The notes under the pieces are model-generated. The model was not told the DNA's origin, ran no database searches, and saw nothing but the letters and a program-made list of their open reading frames with translations. This document shows, piece by piece, positions 37,196-46,575 of a stretch of 64,000 nucleotides of DNA (within the stretch, counting starts at the first letter, position 1; every line of letters begins with the position of its first letter). This stretch comes from an uncultured Gemmatimonadales bacterium (lineage in GTDB: Bacteria; Gemmatimonadota; Gemmatimonadetes; Gemmatimonadales; GWC2-71-9): positions 64,001 through 128,000 of the forward strand of contig CAWGED010000019.1 in the NCBI GenBank assembly GCA_963821525.1. Direction: 5' to 3'. The translations under genes were made by a program, and so were the position numbers.

Positions 37196-38615
37196 TCACC
37201 CACCACCCGGCAACCCTTTCCCTCCCGGCACGCCGATCTCAGTCATGGCGCGAAGGTCGAGCACTTCCTCGAGTTCCTTTCCCTTCAGCAGCCCCTTCTT
37301 CACGACCAGTTCCTTCACCGTGAGTCCCGACGCCACCGCTTCCTTCGCGAGTTTGGCCGACTCGGCGTAGCCGAGCTTCGGGGCAAGGGCAGTCACCAGC
37401 GCCGGACTCCGCTCCAGCCAGTGAGCGCATTGAGCTTCGTCGGCTTCGATTCCCCGAATGCAGCGGTCGGTGAAGACATTGGTAGCATTGGTCAGCAAGG
37501 TCATCGCGAACACGACATTGTGGGTCATCACCGGCATCATGACGTTGAGCTCGAGCTGACCGGCTTCGGCGGCCATCGCGACGGTGGTGTCCAATCCCAG
37601 AACCTGGAAGCAGACCTGGTTCACCATCTCGGCAATGGAAGGATTCACCTTGCCGGGCATGATGCTCGATCCGGGCTGGACCGCGGGAAGCAGTATCTCG
37701 GCGAGACCGGTGCGCGGTCCGGAAGCGAGGAGCCTGATGTCGTTGGCGATCTTGTTGAGGTCCAGGGTCCACGCGCGAAGGGCACCGCTGAAGGTCGCGA
37801 TGTCTCCCATGGACTGCATGAGCTGCACCCGGTCCTCCCCGACCTTCAAGTCGAGTCCGGTGACCGCGCGCAGGTGCTTCACCATGAGAGCGGGATATTC
37901 CGGCTCCGCATTGAGACCGGTCCCGACAGCGGTCCCGCCGATGCCGAGCGATCGAAGCCAATCAGCGGCCTGAGCCAGCTTTTCCCGATGCCGAAGCACC
38001 GTGCGGCCGTAGGCGGCGAATTCCTGTCCCAGCCGGATCGGAGTGGCGTCCTGGAGATGGGTCCGGCCCGACTTGATCACTCCATCGAACTGGTGGCCCT
38101 TCTCGAGCAAGGCGTCTCCCAACGCGTCGAGCGATCCAAGGAGGCCGGCCAGCGTGGCCAGGGTCGCCAGCCGCATGGCGGTTGGAATGACGTCGTTGGT
38201 GCTCTGCGCCATGTTGACGTGATCGTTGGGGTGCACCGGGGCTGTAGCTGCCTCGGGGCTGACCCAGGATCTCGTTCGCACGGTTCGCCAGGATTTCGTT
38301 GCAGTTCATGTTGTGGCTGGTGCCCGCGCCGGCCTGATAGACGTCAACGATGAACTGATCGCGATGCTTGCCGCTCAGCACCTCGTCGGCGGCCTGGACG
38401 ATGGCGTCGGCAAGTTTGGCCTCGAGCCGTCCGGTCTCCTTGTGGGTCAATGCTGCTGATCGCTTGATCCAGACTACCGCATCGACAAAGGCCGGAAGCG
38501 GTCGGAGTCCGGAGATGGGGAAATTCTCAGCCGCGCGGAGAGTTTGAATCCCGTAGAGCGCGTCAGAAGGGACGGCTTTTTCACCCAGCGGGTCTTTTTC
38601 GATCCTGGTCGTCAT
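37196..38615 (-). CDS. aspA: Aspartate ammonia-lyase / class II fumarase family; frameshift near 38240
   Basis: YGIQTLRA, QAGAGTSHNMN, HPNDHVNMAQSTND, GRTHLQDA, GSSIMPGKVNP. Confidence 0.9.
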
Positions 38616-38684
38616 ATCCACAAGGCACAGGTCAGAGGTGGATGCCGCGATCGGCGCGACACCCTGCTTGGTTCGATCGGGATT

Positions 38685-39557
38685 CTACTTTCCTGCCTCG
38701 GGAAAGGCGAGGATGGAGAGACGTTTGAGGGCAGCCTGACCAAAGATCCTGAGCGCCAGCCCCACGCCGATGATGGCGCCGACCCCGACGGTATAGAATC
38801 GCCAGGCAAGCAGCACCCGCGTGTTGGCATCGCCCAATTCACCTGCCGCTCCGCCCAGCAGCCCCAGGTCTACCGCGCCAAGCCCGGCAGGCGTCGGAAT
38901 GATCAACTGACTGTAGAGCAGTCCGAAGGAGCCGAGAATCAGTGCGCCGATGGGTGGTGGATTGGGAAAGGTGAGGGCGAGAAGTGGCAGGATCGCCGTG
39001 CGGGAAATCAGGTTGATCACGGTGCAGGGGATGCTCGCGAGGATCGGCCAGCGAGGCATGCGCCGCCAGTAAACAGCGAGGCGCCGCAGGGGACGGCGGA
39101 CCCTGTGGCTGGCAGTTCTAATTGAACGGGCGGCGAGCCAACCGACCAGCAATGTCGCAAGCAGGACAGCGATCACCCAGCCGCTCGCGCTCTGCACCGA
39201 AGAACGGAGCACCGGCCATGCGTGAGCCAGCCAGTCGGGGGCGAACCACCAGCCGAGGAGTGCGGCAAAGATCAGAATCACGGGCCACGCAGCCAGGACT
39301 TCGACCGCAATCGCGACGAAGGCAGCGGTCGCGGGAACACCAGCATGCAGCATCCCAGCCAGTCGGGACGGTTCCCCTGCCACCCGCATCGGCGTAAGGG
39401 TGCAGCCGGCCTCTCCAAAGACATTGATCGTGAAGGCTTGCCGGAACCGAATCGGATGGCCCAGCCCGCGAAGGAACCACTGGATCCGGAAAGAACGCGC
39501 TACCAGATCGGCCGCGATGCAGCCGAGACACAGGAGGTGGGCAGTGAGGGGGGTCAG
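38685..39557 (-). CDS. Lysylphosphatidylglycerol-synthase-TM / flippase-like membrane protein
   Basis: TPMRVAGEP, PTPAGLG, LAWRFYT motifs; the frame extends beyond the ORF-track start to CTG ACC CCC at 39557. Confidence 0.8.
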   Translation of the reverse strand: MTPLTAHLLCLGCIAADLVARSFRIQWFLRGLGHPIRFRQAFTINVFGEAGCTLTPMRVAGEPSRLAGMLHAGVPATAAFVAIAVEVLAAWPVILIFAALLGWWFAPDWLAHAWPVLRSSVQSASGWVIAVLLATLLVGWLAARSIRTASHRVRRPLRRLAVYWRRMPRWPILASIPCTVINLISRTAILPLLALTFPNPPPIGALILGSFGLLYSQLIIPTPAGLGAVDLGLLGGAAGELGDANTRVLLAWRFYTVGVGAIIGVGLALRIFGQAALKRLSILAFPEAGK

Positions 39558-39695
39558 AGGATTGAGGGATTGAGGATGTAAGATTGAAGATTGAGGGATC
39601 GGAGATTGGGGATAGTGGAGTTAATGGTCCAGCCCGCGAGTGTCAATCCTCGTCCCATCTTTTCAATCTCTCAATCCAATCTAAATCCCTCAATC
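39558..39695. repeat. Inverted GATTGAGG-type octamer/heptamer arrays between the GT and flippase genes
   Basis: GATTGAGG GATTGAGG...GATTGAA GATTGAGG versus TTCAATC TCTCAATC...CCTCAATC. Confidence 0.75.
39618..39646 (-). promoter_or_regulatory. Putative promoter in the loop of the repeat hairpin
   Basis: TTGACA-N16-TTAACT (or N17-TAACTC) on the minus strand. Confidence 0.4.
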
Positions 39696-40946
39696 TTCCA
39701 ACACTTCCCGATACACCTCAAAGATCCGCCCGAAGGCGGCCGGCCAGGAGTGATGCTCTTCCGCGTAGCGCCGAGCGGTCAGTCCCAGAGATCTCAGGTC
39801 GCCCTGCAATAAACGAATCGCCGCCTCTGCGAGGGCATGCGAATCGCCGGCGGGGTACAGGGCGCCCGCGCCCGAGACGCGGATTCGGTCCGCGACACCG
39901 CCCCGGTCCACCGAGAGCACGGGGATACCGGCCGCCATCGCCTCCAGCGCGGAAAGGCCGAAGGTCTCGGCAGGACCGGGCGCAACATAGAGATCGGCGG
40001 CAGCAAGCAGATCCGCGGTGAGATCACGATCGCTCACGAACGGCAGCCACACGACCCGGCGGGATTCGCTGTGGGCCTGGAGGCGACGCCGAGCCGGGCC
40101 GTCTCCTACCAGAAGAAGCGTGGCGCCGGTGCGGCGCTCGACCTCGGGCCAGGCCTCAAGCACCACATCGAGCTGCTTCTCGCGTGCTAACCGGCCCAGG
40201 AATACGGCGAGCGGACCGTCGGGGAGGTTCAGCCGGCGGCGAGTCTCCGACTGTCCCGCCTGGCGTGAAGGATGAAAGCGCTCCAGGTCGACGCCGAGTG
40301 GCACTTGGTACACGCGCTCGATTCCTTCGTTGGCCAGCTCACGAGCCAGACTTTCGGAGGCGACGAGCGTCGCGCGGAACAATCGGTTCAGGCGCCGGAA
40401 ATAGCTCCAGGTGAGTGCCGTCGCCGCTCTGGCCGCGGCATCCGAGCGTCCCCCACCGATTATGCGCGGCAGATGAGTGTGAAAGAACCACACCATCGGC
40501 GCCTTGAGATCACGATTCGCCCGCCGGGTAATCCAGGGGACAAAGAACGGACTGCCGACTTCGACAATGTCGGGACGCTCGTGGTCCAGAATCCGGTGAG
40601 TGGTCCGGGTCGCGAGTAGAAAGCGATACGCCTCTTCCGTCGGAATCCGGGGACCCCGAAGCCGGTACGCCCGCACGCCCCGCGATTCGGTGAGGGTGTC
40701 CTCGGGTCCGGGGACAATGAGAACCTGGCGAAGTGAGGGATTCGCCTCGACGTAGCGCGCCTTCTCCAAGAGGTAGGTGCGAATCCCACCGGTCTTCTCG
40801 CCGAAGTATTTCGTGATGTCGAGAACCGAGAGACCAGCCTCGGGACGGAGCGGTGGCGGGAAACTGGTGCGGGCGAGGTTGATCGGCGGAGCGTCGGGTG
40901 AAAACAGGCCCTGGTGGGCGCGAGGTCCAGCAATCGTCGCCGTCAC
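39690..40946 (-). CDS. GT4-family glycosyltransferase (alpha-mannosyltransferase-like)
   Basis: GGIRTYL, FHT, GVDLERFHP, GRLAREK, GDGP, ETFGLSALEAMAAG; GTG start at 40946. Confidence 0.9.
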   Translation of the reverse strand: MTATIAGPRAHQGLFSPDAPPINLARTSFPPPLRPEAGLSVLDITKYFGEKTGGIRTYLLEKARYVEANPSLRQVLIVPGPEDTLTESRGVRAYRLRGPRIPTEEAYRFLLATRTTHRILDHERPDIVEVGSPFFVPWITRRANRDLKAPMVWFFHTHLPRIIGGGRSDAAARAATALTWSYFRRLNRLFRATLVASESLARELANEGIERVYQVPLGVDLERFHPSRQAGQSETRRRLNLPDGPLAVFLGRLAREKQLDVVLEAWPEVERRTGATLLLVGDGPARRRLQAHSESRRVVWLPFVSDRDLTADLLAAADLYVAPGPAETFGLSALEAMAAGIPVLSVDRGGVADRIRVSGAGALYPAGDSHALAEAAIRLLQGDLRSLGLTARRYAEEHHSWPAAFGRIFEVYREVLED

Positions 40947-40953
40947 AGGCGGG

Positions 40954-41184
40954 TCAGTCCGAGCAATCGCCCAGTGGATAGACCGTGCCACAATTGGTGC
41001 ACGGATTCTTGCAGCCCCGGGCGCGGGGGCGCGGCACCACGAAGCCGCAGCGGTTGCATACTGGACGGTTCGGCGGTTCGGGGGTTCGAGGCGCAGAGTC
41101 GAGATCGCGAGCGGTTCCGGCCCCGTCGGCAAATACGAACTGGGCCGTCGAACCGTCGAACCGTCGAGCCGCCCAGCTATTCAA
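40954..41184 (-). CDS. Small Cys-rich putative zinc-finger protein
   Basis: CNRCG...CKNPCTNCG...DCSD; TTG start overlaps the upstream stop; fits between two co-oriented genes. Confidence 0.6.
   Translation of the reverse strand: MNSWAARRFDGSTAQFVFADGAGTARDLDSAPRTPEPPNRPVCNRCGFVVPRPRARGCKNPCTNCGTVYPLGDCSD
41061..41176. repeat. Inverted GACGGTTC octamer arrays right after the MBL-hydrolase stop
   Basis: CTG GACGGTTC GGCGGTTC GGGGGTTC ... GAACCGTC GAACCGTC GAGCCGCC CAG. Confidence 0.75.
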
Positions 41185-41825
41185 GCCGATACACTCCCGT
41201 CAGAAACGGATTCGTCATCCGCTCGACGCCGATCGTGGTTTCGGGGCCGTGACCACTGTAGATGATCGTCGAGTCAGGCAAGGCAAGGAATACCGACTGG
41301 ATGCTACTGAGCAGCGTCGAAAGGTCTCCGCCGGGCAGATCGGTACGGCCGATGGAACCGCTGAAGAGCACGTCTCCGCCGATCACGACCCCATTCCCGA
41401 CGAAACTCACGCTGCCGGGCGAATGGCCGGGAGTGTGACGCACGGTGAAAAGCTGGCGACCCACGCCGATTGGCTGACCATCATGCCATTCCGCCTGCGG
41501 CGCGGGAGGGCGCTCGAGCTCTGAGCCCGAGCCAATCGGCTTGCTGCGGCAGCGCGTCGTAGAGAGCGCGATCGGCTGGATGCAGGTGGATCGGCGCGCC
41601 GGTTGCTTCGTGAATCGCGGCCACGCCCATGATGTGGTCCAGATGGGCGTGGGTGAGCCAGATCGCGTTCAGCGTCCAGGCCCGGGTGTTGAGCTCGGCC
41701 AGAAAGAGCCCGGGCTCTTCGCCCGGGTCCACGATGACCGCCTGCCGGGTGGAGGGCTCACCCACCAGATAGCAGTTCTCGGCGAACTGCCCGTTGGGGA
41801 GGGAGACAATCTCCAGGTCAGACAC
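41177..41825 (-). CDS. MBL-fold hydrolase (glyoxalase II/YcbL-like); frameshift near 41500
   Basis: ENCYLV, THAHLDH, TPGHSPG, GDVLFSGSIGRTDLPGG, SGHGPETT. Confidence 0.92.
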
Positions 41826-42772
41826 CGACCCTGCTCCTCCGTTCAGCGAGGTACTTCTCGACCGCAATCGCGGCCGTCGTCGCGTCGCCTACGGCCGTCG
41901 TGATCTGACGGGTCAGCTGGACCCGCAGGTCCCCAGCCGCGAACAGACCCGGGATGGACGTCATCATCCGGTCGTCGGTGATGATGTAACCACCGGCATC
42001 GTGGGCGAAGTGCTCCTGAATCAGGGCCGAGTTGGGCCGGAATCCGATGAAGATGAAGCATCCCTGAGCGGCCAGCTCGGATCGCGCACCGGTGACGGTA
42101 TCCTCCAGGACCAGGTGCTTCAACCCGCTCACGTCACCAACCAGCTCCTCGACCTTGGTGTTCCAGATGACCTCGATCTTTGGATTGGCGAAGAGCCGCT
42201 CCTGCAGGATCTTCGAGGCACGAAACTCGTCCCGCCGGTGGATCAGATACACCTTGGCGGCATACCGGGTGAGGTAGTCGGCCTCTTCGACGGCCGCATC
42301 ACCACCGCCGACCACGGCGACCGTATCTCCCTTGAAGAAAGCCCCATCACAGACCGCACAATAGGAGACACCGCGTCCGGCGTACTCCATTTCACCGGGA
42401 ACTCCCAGCTTGGTAGGGGTGCCGCCGGCTGTCAGAATCACGGTCGGAGACCGGAAAGACGGTTCCTTCTTCGGTCTTCACCTCGAAATTGCCGTCCGGC
42501 TGGCGGTGAATGCCGATCACCGTCTCCTGGACGATGCTGGTTCCGAACTTTACCGCGTGGGCCGCCATCTTCTGGGCGAGGTCCCGGCCGAGGATCGATT
42601 CGAAACCGGGGTAGTCCTCGATCTTCTCCGTGTTGAGCAGCTCGCCGCCAGGCACCTTGCTCTCGAGGATGATGGCCTTGAGCATGCCCCGTCCCGCGTA
42701 CATTCCCGCGGTCAGGCCGGCAGGCCCGGCGCCAACGATGATGGTGTCGAATTCGAAGGAGCTCTGAGACAT
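41818..42772 (-). CDS. trxB: Thioredoxin reductase; frameshift near 42450
   Basis: GAGPAG, GVSYCAVCDG, GGGDAAVEEA, HRRDEFRA, FAAGD. Confidence 0.95.
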
Positions 42773-42893
42773 TTTTGGTTTCCGTATCCTTGATCCCAAC
42801 CCGCAAAGTCCGCCACCCACCTAGAGTTACGGCTCCGGCGGCTGGTGGATCGCCCGCCGCCATAATGAAATATACAAATGCCGTGAAGCCCTC

Positions 42894-43622
42894 TCAGGCC
42901 GGGCCGAGGTGCAACAGGTTGATGGCACCATGGCATGCAGAAACGGTCCCAACCAGCAGATCGGTTTCCTCTCCCCCGCTCCCCGCTTCCGCCACAAAGC
43001 GGTCGCCAGCCACTACCTCGGATACCGCAAAGCTACCAACCGCGAAGACCTGATGCCGGCATTCGAACAGGATGGGCGCCGGCATGCGGAGCCGTACAGC
43101 CAGGTCCTCGATTGCTTCTCTCATCTCCCAGGTGCGGGGGCCCCGAATAACCGGGCAACGGCTCGGCTCGGTACAGTGGGTGGGACAAATCCAGTCGGCG
43201 AACGAAACGTATCTGACCAGGTCGGGCGAGGTGACGTCGTACGGCGTTCCCGGCCCCTCTGACAGCGCGCGGGATTCCACGACCCTGGTGGGCCACCGTT
43301 TCCGGGCCCGCCGCAGCAGCCACTGATACATGAGGTGAGGCATCAGTGGTGAGGGGACGATGACGCTCGGTGGACGGCTCGGCTCGGCGGCATCGCCAAG
43401 ATACGCGTCGAAGAAAGCGTCCCAATCCTTCACCACCAACTCACGGGTCGGGTCCCCAGCCAAATCGGGAGCCGCCTGGCATTCCGGGTTCCGATCCACG
43501 ACCAGAACCCGGCGGAACTCGACCTTGCCGCGTTTCCTCGCCTCGACGAGCTGGCGTGTATAGAAGGTTCCATAGCAGCCGCCGCCGACGATCACGATCT
43601 CGTCCAGCTGCAGCGCGTTCAC
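42894..43622 (-). CDS. Hypothetical protein with an N-terminal Rossmann motif and a Cys cluster
   Basis: GTG start (GTGA overlap); IVIVGGGCYG, VVDRN, CPTHCTEPSRC, SACHG. Confidence 0.75.
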   Translation of the reverse strand: MNALQLDEIVIVGGGCYGTFYTRQLVEARKRGKVEFRRVLVVDRNPECQAAPDLAGDPTRELVVKDWDAFFDAYLGDAAEPSRPPSVIVPSPLMPHLMYQWLLRRARKRWPTRVVESRALSEGPGTPYDVTSPDLVRYVSFADWICPTHCTEPSRCPVIRGPRTWEMREAIEDLAVRLRMPAPILFECRHQVFAVGSFAVSEVVAGDRFVAEAGSGGEETDLLVGTVSACHGAINLLHLGPA

Positions 43623-44350
43623 CGGAGCAGCCTTCCTCCATCCACCACCAGGGTTTGGCCGGTGACGTAGTCTCCGCCTTCCAGAAGATACAGTACGGCG
43701 GAGACGACGTCCTGCGGCGACCCGAGTCGCTTGAGGGGAGTGGTCGAGGCCAGGTGATCGAGAGCGTCCTTTCCCCAATCGTCGGGAGGGAGCACCGCGC
43801 CTGGAGCAATGGCGTTGACCGTGATGTCCGGGGCGAGGGAGCGGGCGAGCACCTTCGTCAGCATGACGACACCCGCCTTGCTCACACAGTGCGCCGAGTA
43901 CCGGGGCCAGGGCTCCAATCCACCGACATCGGCCAGGTTCACGACCTTGCCCCTCGCCGGCCTGAGCCAGGGCAGGGCTCCCTGCACCGTGAAGAAAGCG
44001 GAGCGAAGGTTGACCGCCATCGTCTCGTCCCACAGCGCCGCTGTAGTGTCTTCAACGGTAGCCGACTTCATGATGCCGGCGGAGTTGATGAGGATATCCA
44101 GACGACCGAAGCGCTTGGCTACCTGAGCGGGAAGCGCCTTCGCTGCTTCGGTGTTGGACAGGTCGGCCTGGAAGACCTCGGCCGTTCCCCCCGCAGAATG
44201 AATCTCCTTCTGCAGTTCTTCCGCGCCTTTCGCCGACTCGTTGTAGTGAATGGCCAGGACGGCGCCGCGCTCGGCCACACCTTTGGCGATGGCGCGCCCG
44301 ACCCGACGACCGCCTCCCGTTACCAGCGCGACTCGGCCTCGGAGTTCCAC
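43619..44350 (-). CDS. SDR, pteridine reductase (FolM/PTR1)-like
   Basis: TGGGRRVG, IHYNES, LINSAG, HCVSK, VNAIAPG, VTGQTLVVDGG. Confidence 0.85.
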   Translation of the reverse strand: MELRGRVALVTGGGRRVGRAIAKGVAERGAVLAIHYNESAKGAEELQKEIHSAGGTAEVFQADLSNTEAAKALPAQVAKRFGRLDILINSAGIMKSATVEDTTAALWDETMAVNLRSAFFTVQGALPWLRPARGKVVNLADVGGLEPWPRYSAHCVSKAGVVMLTKVLARSLAPDITVNAIAPGAVLPPDDWGKDALDHLASTTPLKRLGSPQDVVSAVLYLLEGGDYVTGQTLVVDGGRLLR

Positions 44351-44352
44351 CC

Positions 44353-45078
44353 TCAGACTGGTCCGTTGGTGATGGGCAGGATGTGGCCGGTAATCCCCGA
44401 CGAGAGTGACCCAGCCAGGAAGAGGCAGGCGGATGTGATCTGATCAACCTCGACGTAATGGGTCTGTTCACCGAGGGCAGCCACGTTCTCGGGGGTGCGC
44501 ACGGTTCCGGGCGCAATGGCGTTCACCCGCACGCCGCGGGGCCACAGCTCAACCGCGAGACTCTGGGTCAGTCCAGCGACGCCGGCTTTCGCTGCGCTGT
44601 AGATCGCCATCTGATCTTTCGGGCTGTAGTAGGCGATCGAAGCAAAGTTGACGATGGCGCCTTTGCTGTCGCTCAGGGCTTCCGCTGCCGCGCGTGACAC
44701 GAGATAGGTGGTCTTGAGATTGATCGAGATCTCGCGATCGAAGGCGTCGACCCCGTATTTGGCGATCGGACCGTAGGTGGTGAGACCGCCGGCGACGTTG
44801 ATTACGGCATCGAGCCGGCCGTAGTGTTTGAGCGCGGTCTCCACGGTCAGGGCGGCGACATCCGGCTCGGTCAAATCTCCCGCGGCCGGCTTTGCCTCGA
44901 TGCCTTGGGCCGCGAACTCCTTCACCCGTTCGGCGAGGCCGACGGCATTGCGATCGGTCGCGACCAGCCGCGCGCCCGCTTTTCCAAAGGCCTGTGCTAC
45001 CGAATGGCCGATCTGGCCGGAGCGACCAACCCCGGTGACCAGCACGACCTTCCCGTCATATCCCCAGCTCACGCCCAT
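44353..45078 (-). CDS. Short-chain dehydrogenase/reductase
   Basis: VTGVGRSGQIG, INVAGG, YSAAK, VNAIAPG. Confidence 0.88.
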   Translation of the reverse strand: MGVSWGYDGKVVLVTGVGRSGQIGHSVAQAFGKAGARLVATDRNAVGLAERVKEFAAQGIEAKPAAGDLTEPDVAALTVETALKHYGRLDAVINVAGGLTTYGPIAKYGVDAFDREISINLKTTYLVSRAAAEALSDSKGAIVNFASIAYYSPKDQMAIYSAAKAGVAGLTQSLAVELWPRGVRVNAIAPGTVRTPENVAALGEQTHYVEVDQITSACLFLAGSLSSGITGHILPITNGPV

Positions 45079-45956
45079 GCCTGCTCCGCGGAGGAATGGT
45101 GAATCCGTTCGACGTCTCTTGCTGCTTCCAGTCGTTCCAGCCATTCGAAGGGTACCGCCTGTGAACCAAGGGCTGCATACGGTGATGGCGTGGCGTTGTC
45201 GCCATGCCAGTCACTGCCGCCGGTGCGGAGGAGTCCCAGCTCACCGGCGAGATCGGTGAGGCGGGCGCGAGTGTCCGGATCGTGGCTGGGGTGCCGAGTC
45301 TCCACCGCATCCAATCCCTGCTCCTTCAGCCCGGAAAGAACAGTCTTGGTACCGCGGTCCTTGAGATGGGCGGCGGAGACCAGCCCGCCGACCGCATGGA
45401 CCAGCGCCGCCACCTCGGAGAAGGTCGGCAGCCGCTTGGCGACGTAGCCGGGGCGCGCCCAGCCCACGTATCGATCGAAGGCATCGTTCAGGTTGGCGGC
45501 GTGACCCAGCCGCACCAGGGCACGCGCGACGTGCGGCCTTCCGATCACGCCAGTCCCCGCCTCGACGAGGACATCGTCGATCTGAAGAGTGAGACCGATC
45601 CCCTGCAGCTTCGCGACCATATCGCGGCCCCGTTGCAGTCGATCGGTCTGCCGCTCGCGGAGAAACACCTGGAGCTTGGGATCGTCGAGCGGAAGGAAAT
45701 ACCCCAGGACGTGCATCTCGCCCCAGGTCGCTGAAACCGAGAACTCACACCCGCTGATCACGCGCACTCCCTGCTCCGCTCCCGCGGCGATCGCGGGCGG
45801 AACACCGTCGAGGGTGTCGTGATCGGTCAGCGCAATCGCAGACAGGCCGGCAGCTTTAGCGCGCGCAACGACATCTTCAGGAGCGAGCTCGCCGTCCGAC
45901 GCGGTCGAGTGCAGGTGCAGATCGACCGTCCTGCTGGAAACTGGTTCTGCGGTCAG
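45069..45956 (-). CDS. PHP-domain phosphoesterase (TrpH/YciV-like)
   Basis: DLHLHSTASDG, LTDHDT, HVLGY, GRPHVA, TGGSDWHG; start uncertain (CTG 45956 or GTG 46007). Confidence 0.9.
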   Translation of the reverse strand: MTAEPVSSRTVDLHLHSTASDGELAPEDVVARAKAAGLSAIALTDHDTLDGVPPAIAAGAEQGVRVISGCEFSVSATWGEMHVLGYFLPLDDPKLQVFLRERQTDRLQRGRDMVAKLQGIGLTLQIDDVLVEAGTGVIGRPHVARALVRLGHAANLNDAFDRYVGWARPGYVAKRLPTFSEVAALVHAVGGLVSAAHLKDRGTKTVLSGLKEQGLDAVETRHPSHDPDTRARLTDLAGELGLLRTGGSDWHGDNATPSPYAALGSQAVPFEWLERLEAARDVERIHHSSAEQAWA

Positions 45957-46219
45957 GCGTTGTACCCCGTCTCTGGTGCGGTCCAGCCCGGCTGGGAACG
46001 GTTCCACAATTCTTTCAGCTGATGTTCCGAAAGCTCATCGAAGGAAGCTTCAGGAATCCGGGAGCCGAGTGGGGAATAGCGCACCACGCGGTGCTCGGGC
46101 GGACCACCAGTGACCCGCTTGAAGACCAGGCCGAACTCGTCGCGCCCGTATTGCGTAACCTTGCCGCTCGGCGTGACTTCCCAACCAGCGCCCTCAATCA
46201 CGATCAAACGTCCCGGCAT
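45953..46219 (-). CDS. Small hypothetical protein
   Basis: GAGGA RBS; MPGRLIVIEGAGWEVTPSGKVTQYGRDEFGLVF...WTAPETGYNA. Confidence 0.7.
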   Translation of the reverse strand: MPGRLIVIEGAGWEVTPSGKVTQYGRDEFGLVFKRVTGGPPEHRVVRYSPLGSRIPEASFDELSEHQLKELWNRSQPGWTAPETGYNA

Positions 46220-46226
46220 GTCTTCC

Positions 46227-46574
46227 TCAGGTTTCGGATTCGGAGTCCGGGCTCCAGCCCTCCGCGTCGAGCGGCTGCGAGGCGGCCACTTCCTCCCATA
46301 ATTCCCACGCATCGGAGGAGTAGGTGGCCAAGGTGCGAAGCTTGTCCTCCAGCTTCAGCTCATCTGCGGTGCGGGAGGCGCGAGCCCGGTGCGAGGCCCG
46401 GCTGGGACTCTCGCTGAACTCAATGTAGGTGTGAGGCTTCGAGCTGTTACGGAAGACCCAGATGCGCTGGCTCCGCGATGCGCCGAGCGCCGCGAGCGCC
46501 TGGACGGTCGCGAGATATTCCCGCTCCTGTTCGGGGCGCACCGTGACGCGGGAAACCGTCAGAATCCGGCCCAT
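46227..46574 (-). CDS. Small hypothetical protein (possible ferredoxin-like/ABM fold)
   Basis: Starts 1 nt after the E2 stop; RVTVRPEQEREYL...WVF...IEFSE. Confidence 0.7.
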   Translation of the reverse strand: MGRILTVSRVTVRPEQEREYLATVQALAALGASRSQRIWVFRNSSKPHTYIEFSESPSRASHRARASRTADELKLEDKLRTLATYSSDAWELWEEVAASQPLDAEGWSPDSESET

Positions 46575-46575
46575 G

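Noticed and set aside
42773..42875. Structured leader upstream of trxB as a riboswitch
   Set aside because: Only a short GGCGGC/GCCGCC stem is visible, with no recognisable aptamer. An Rfam covariance search would be needed.
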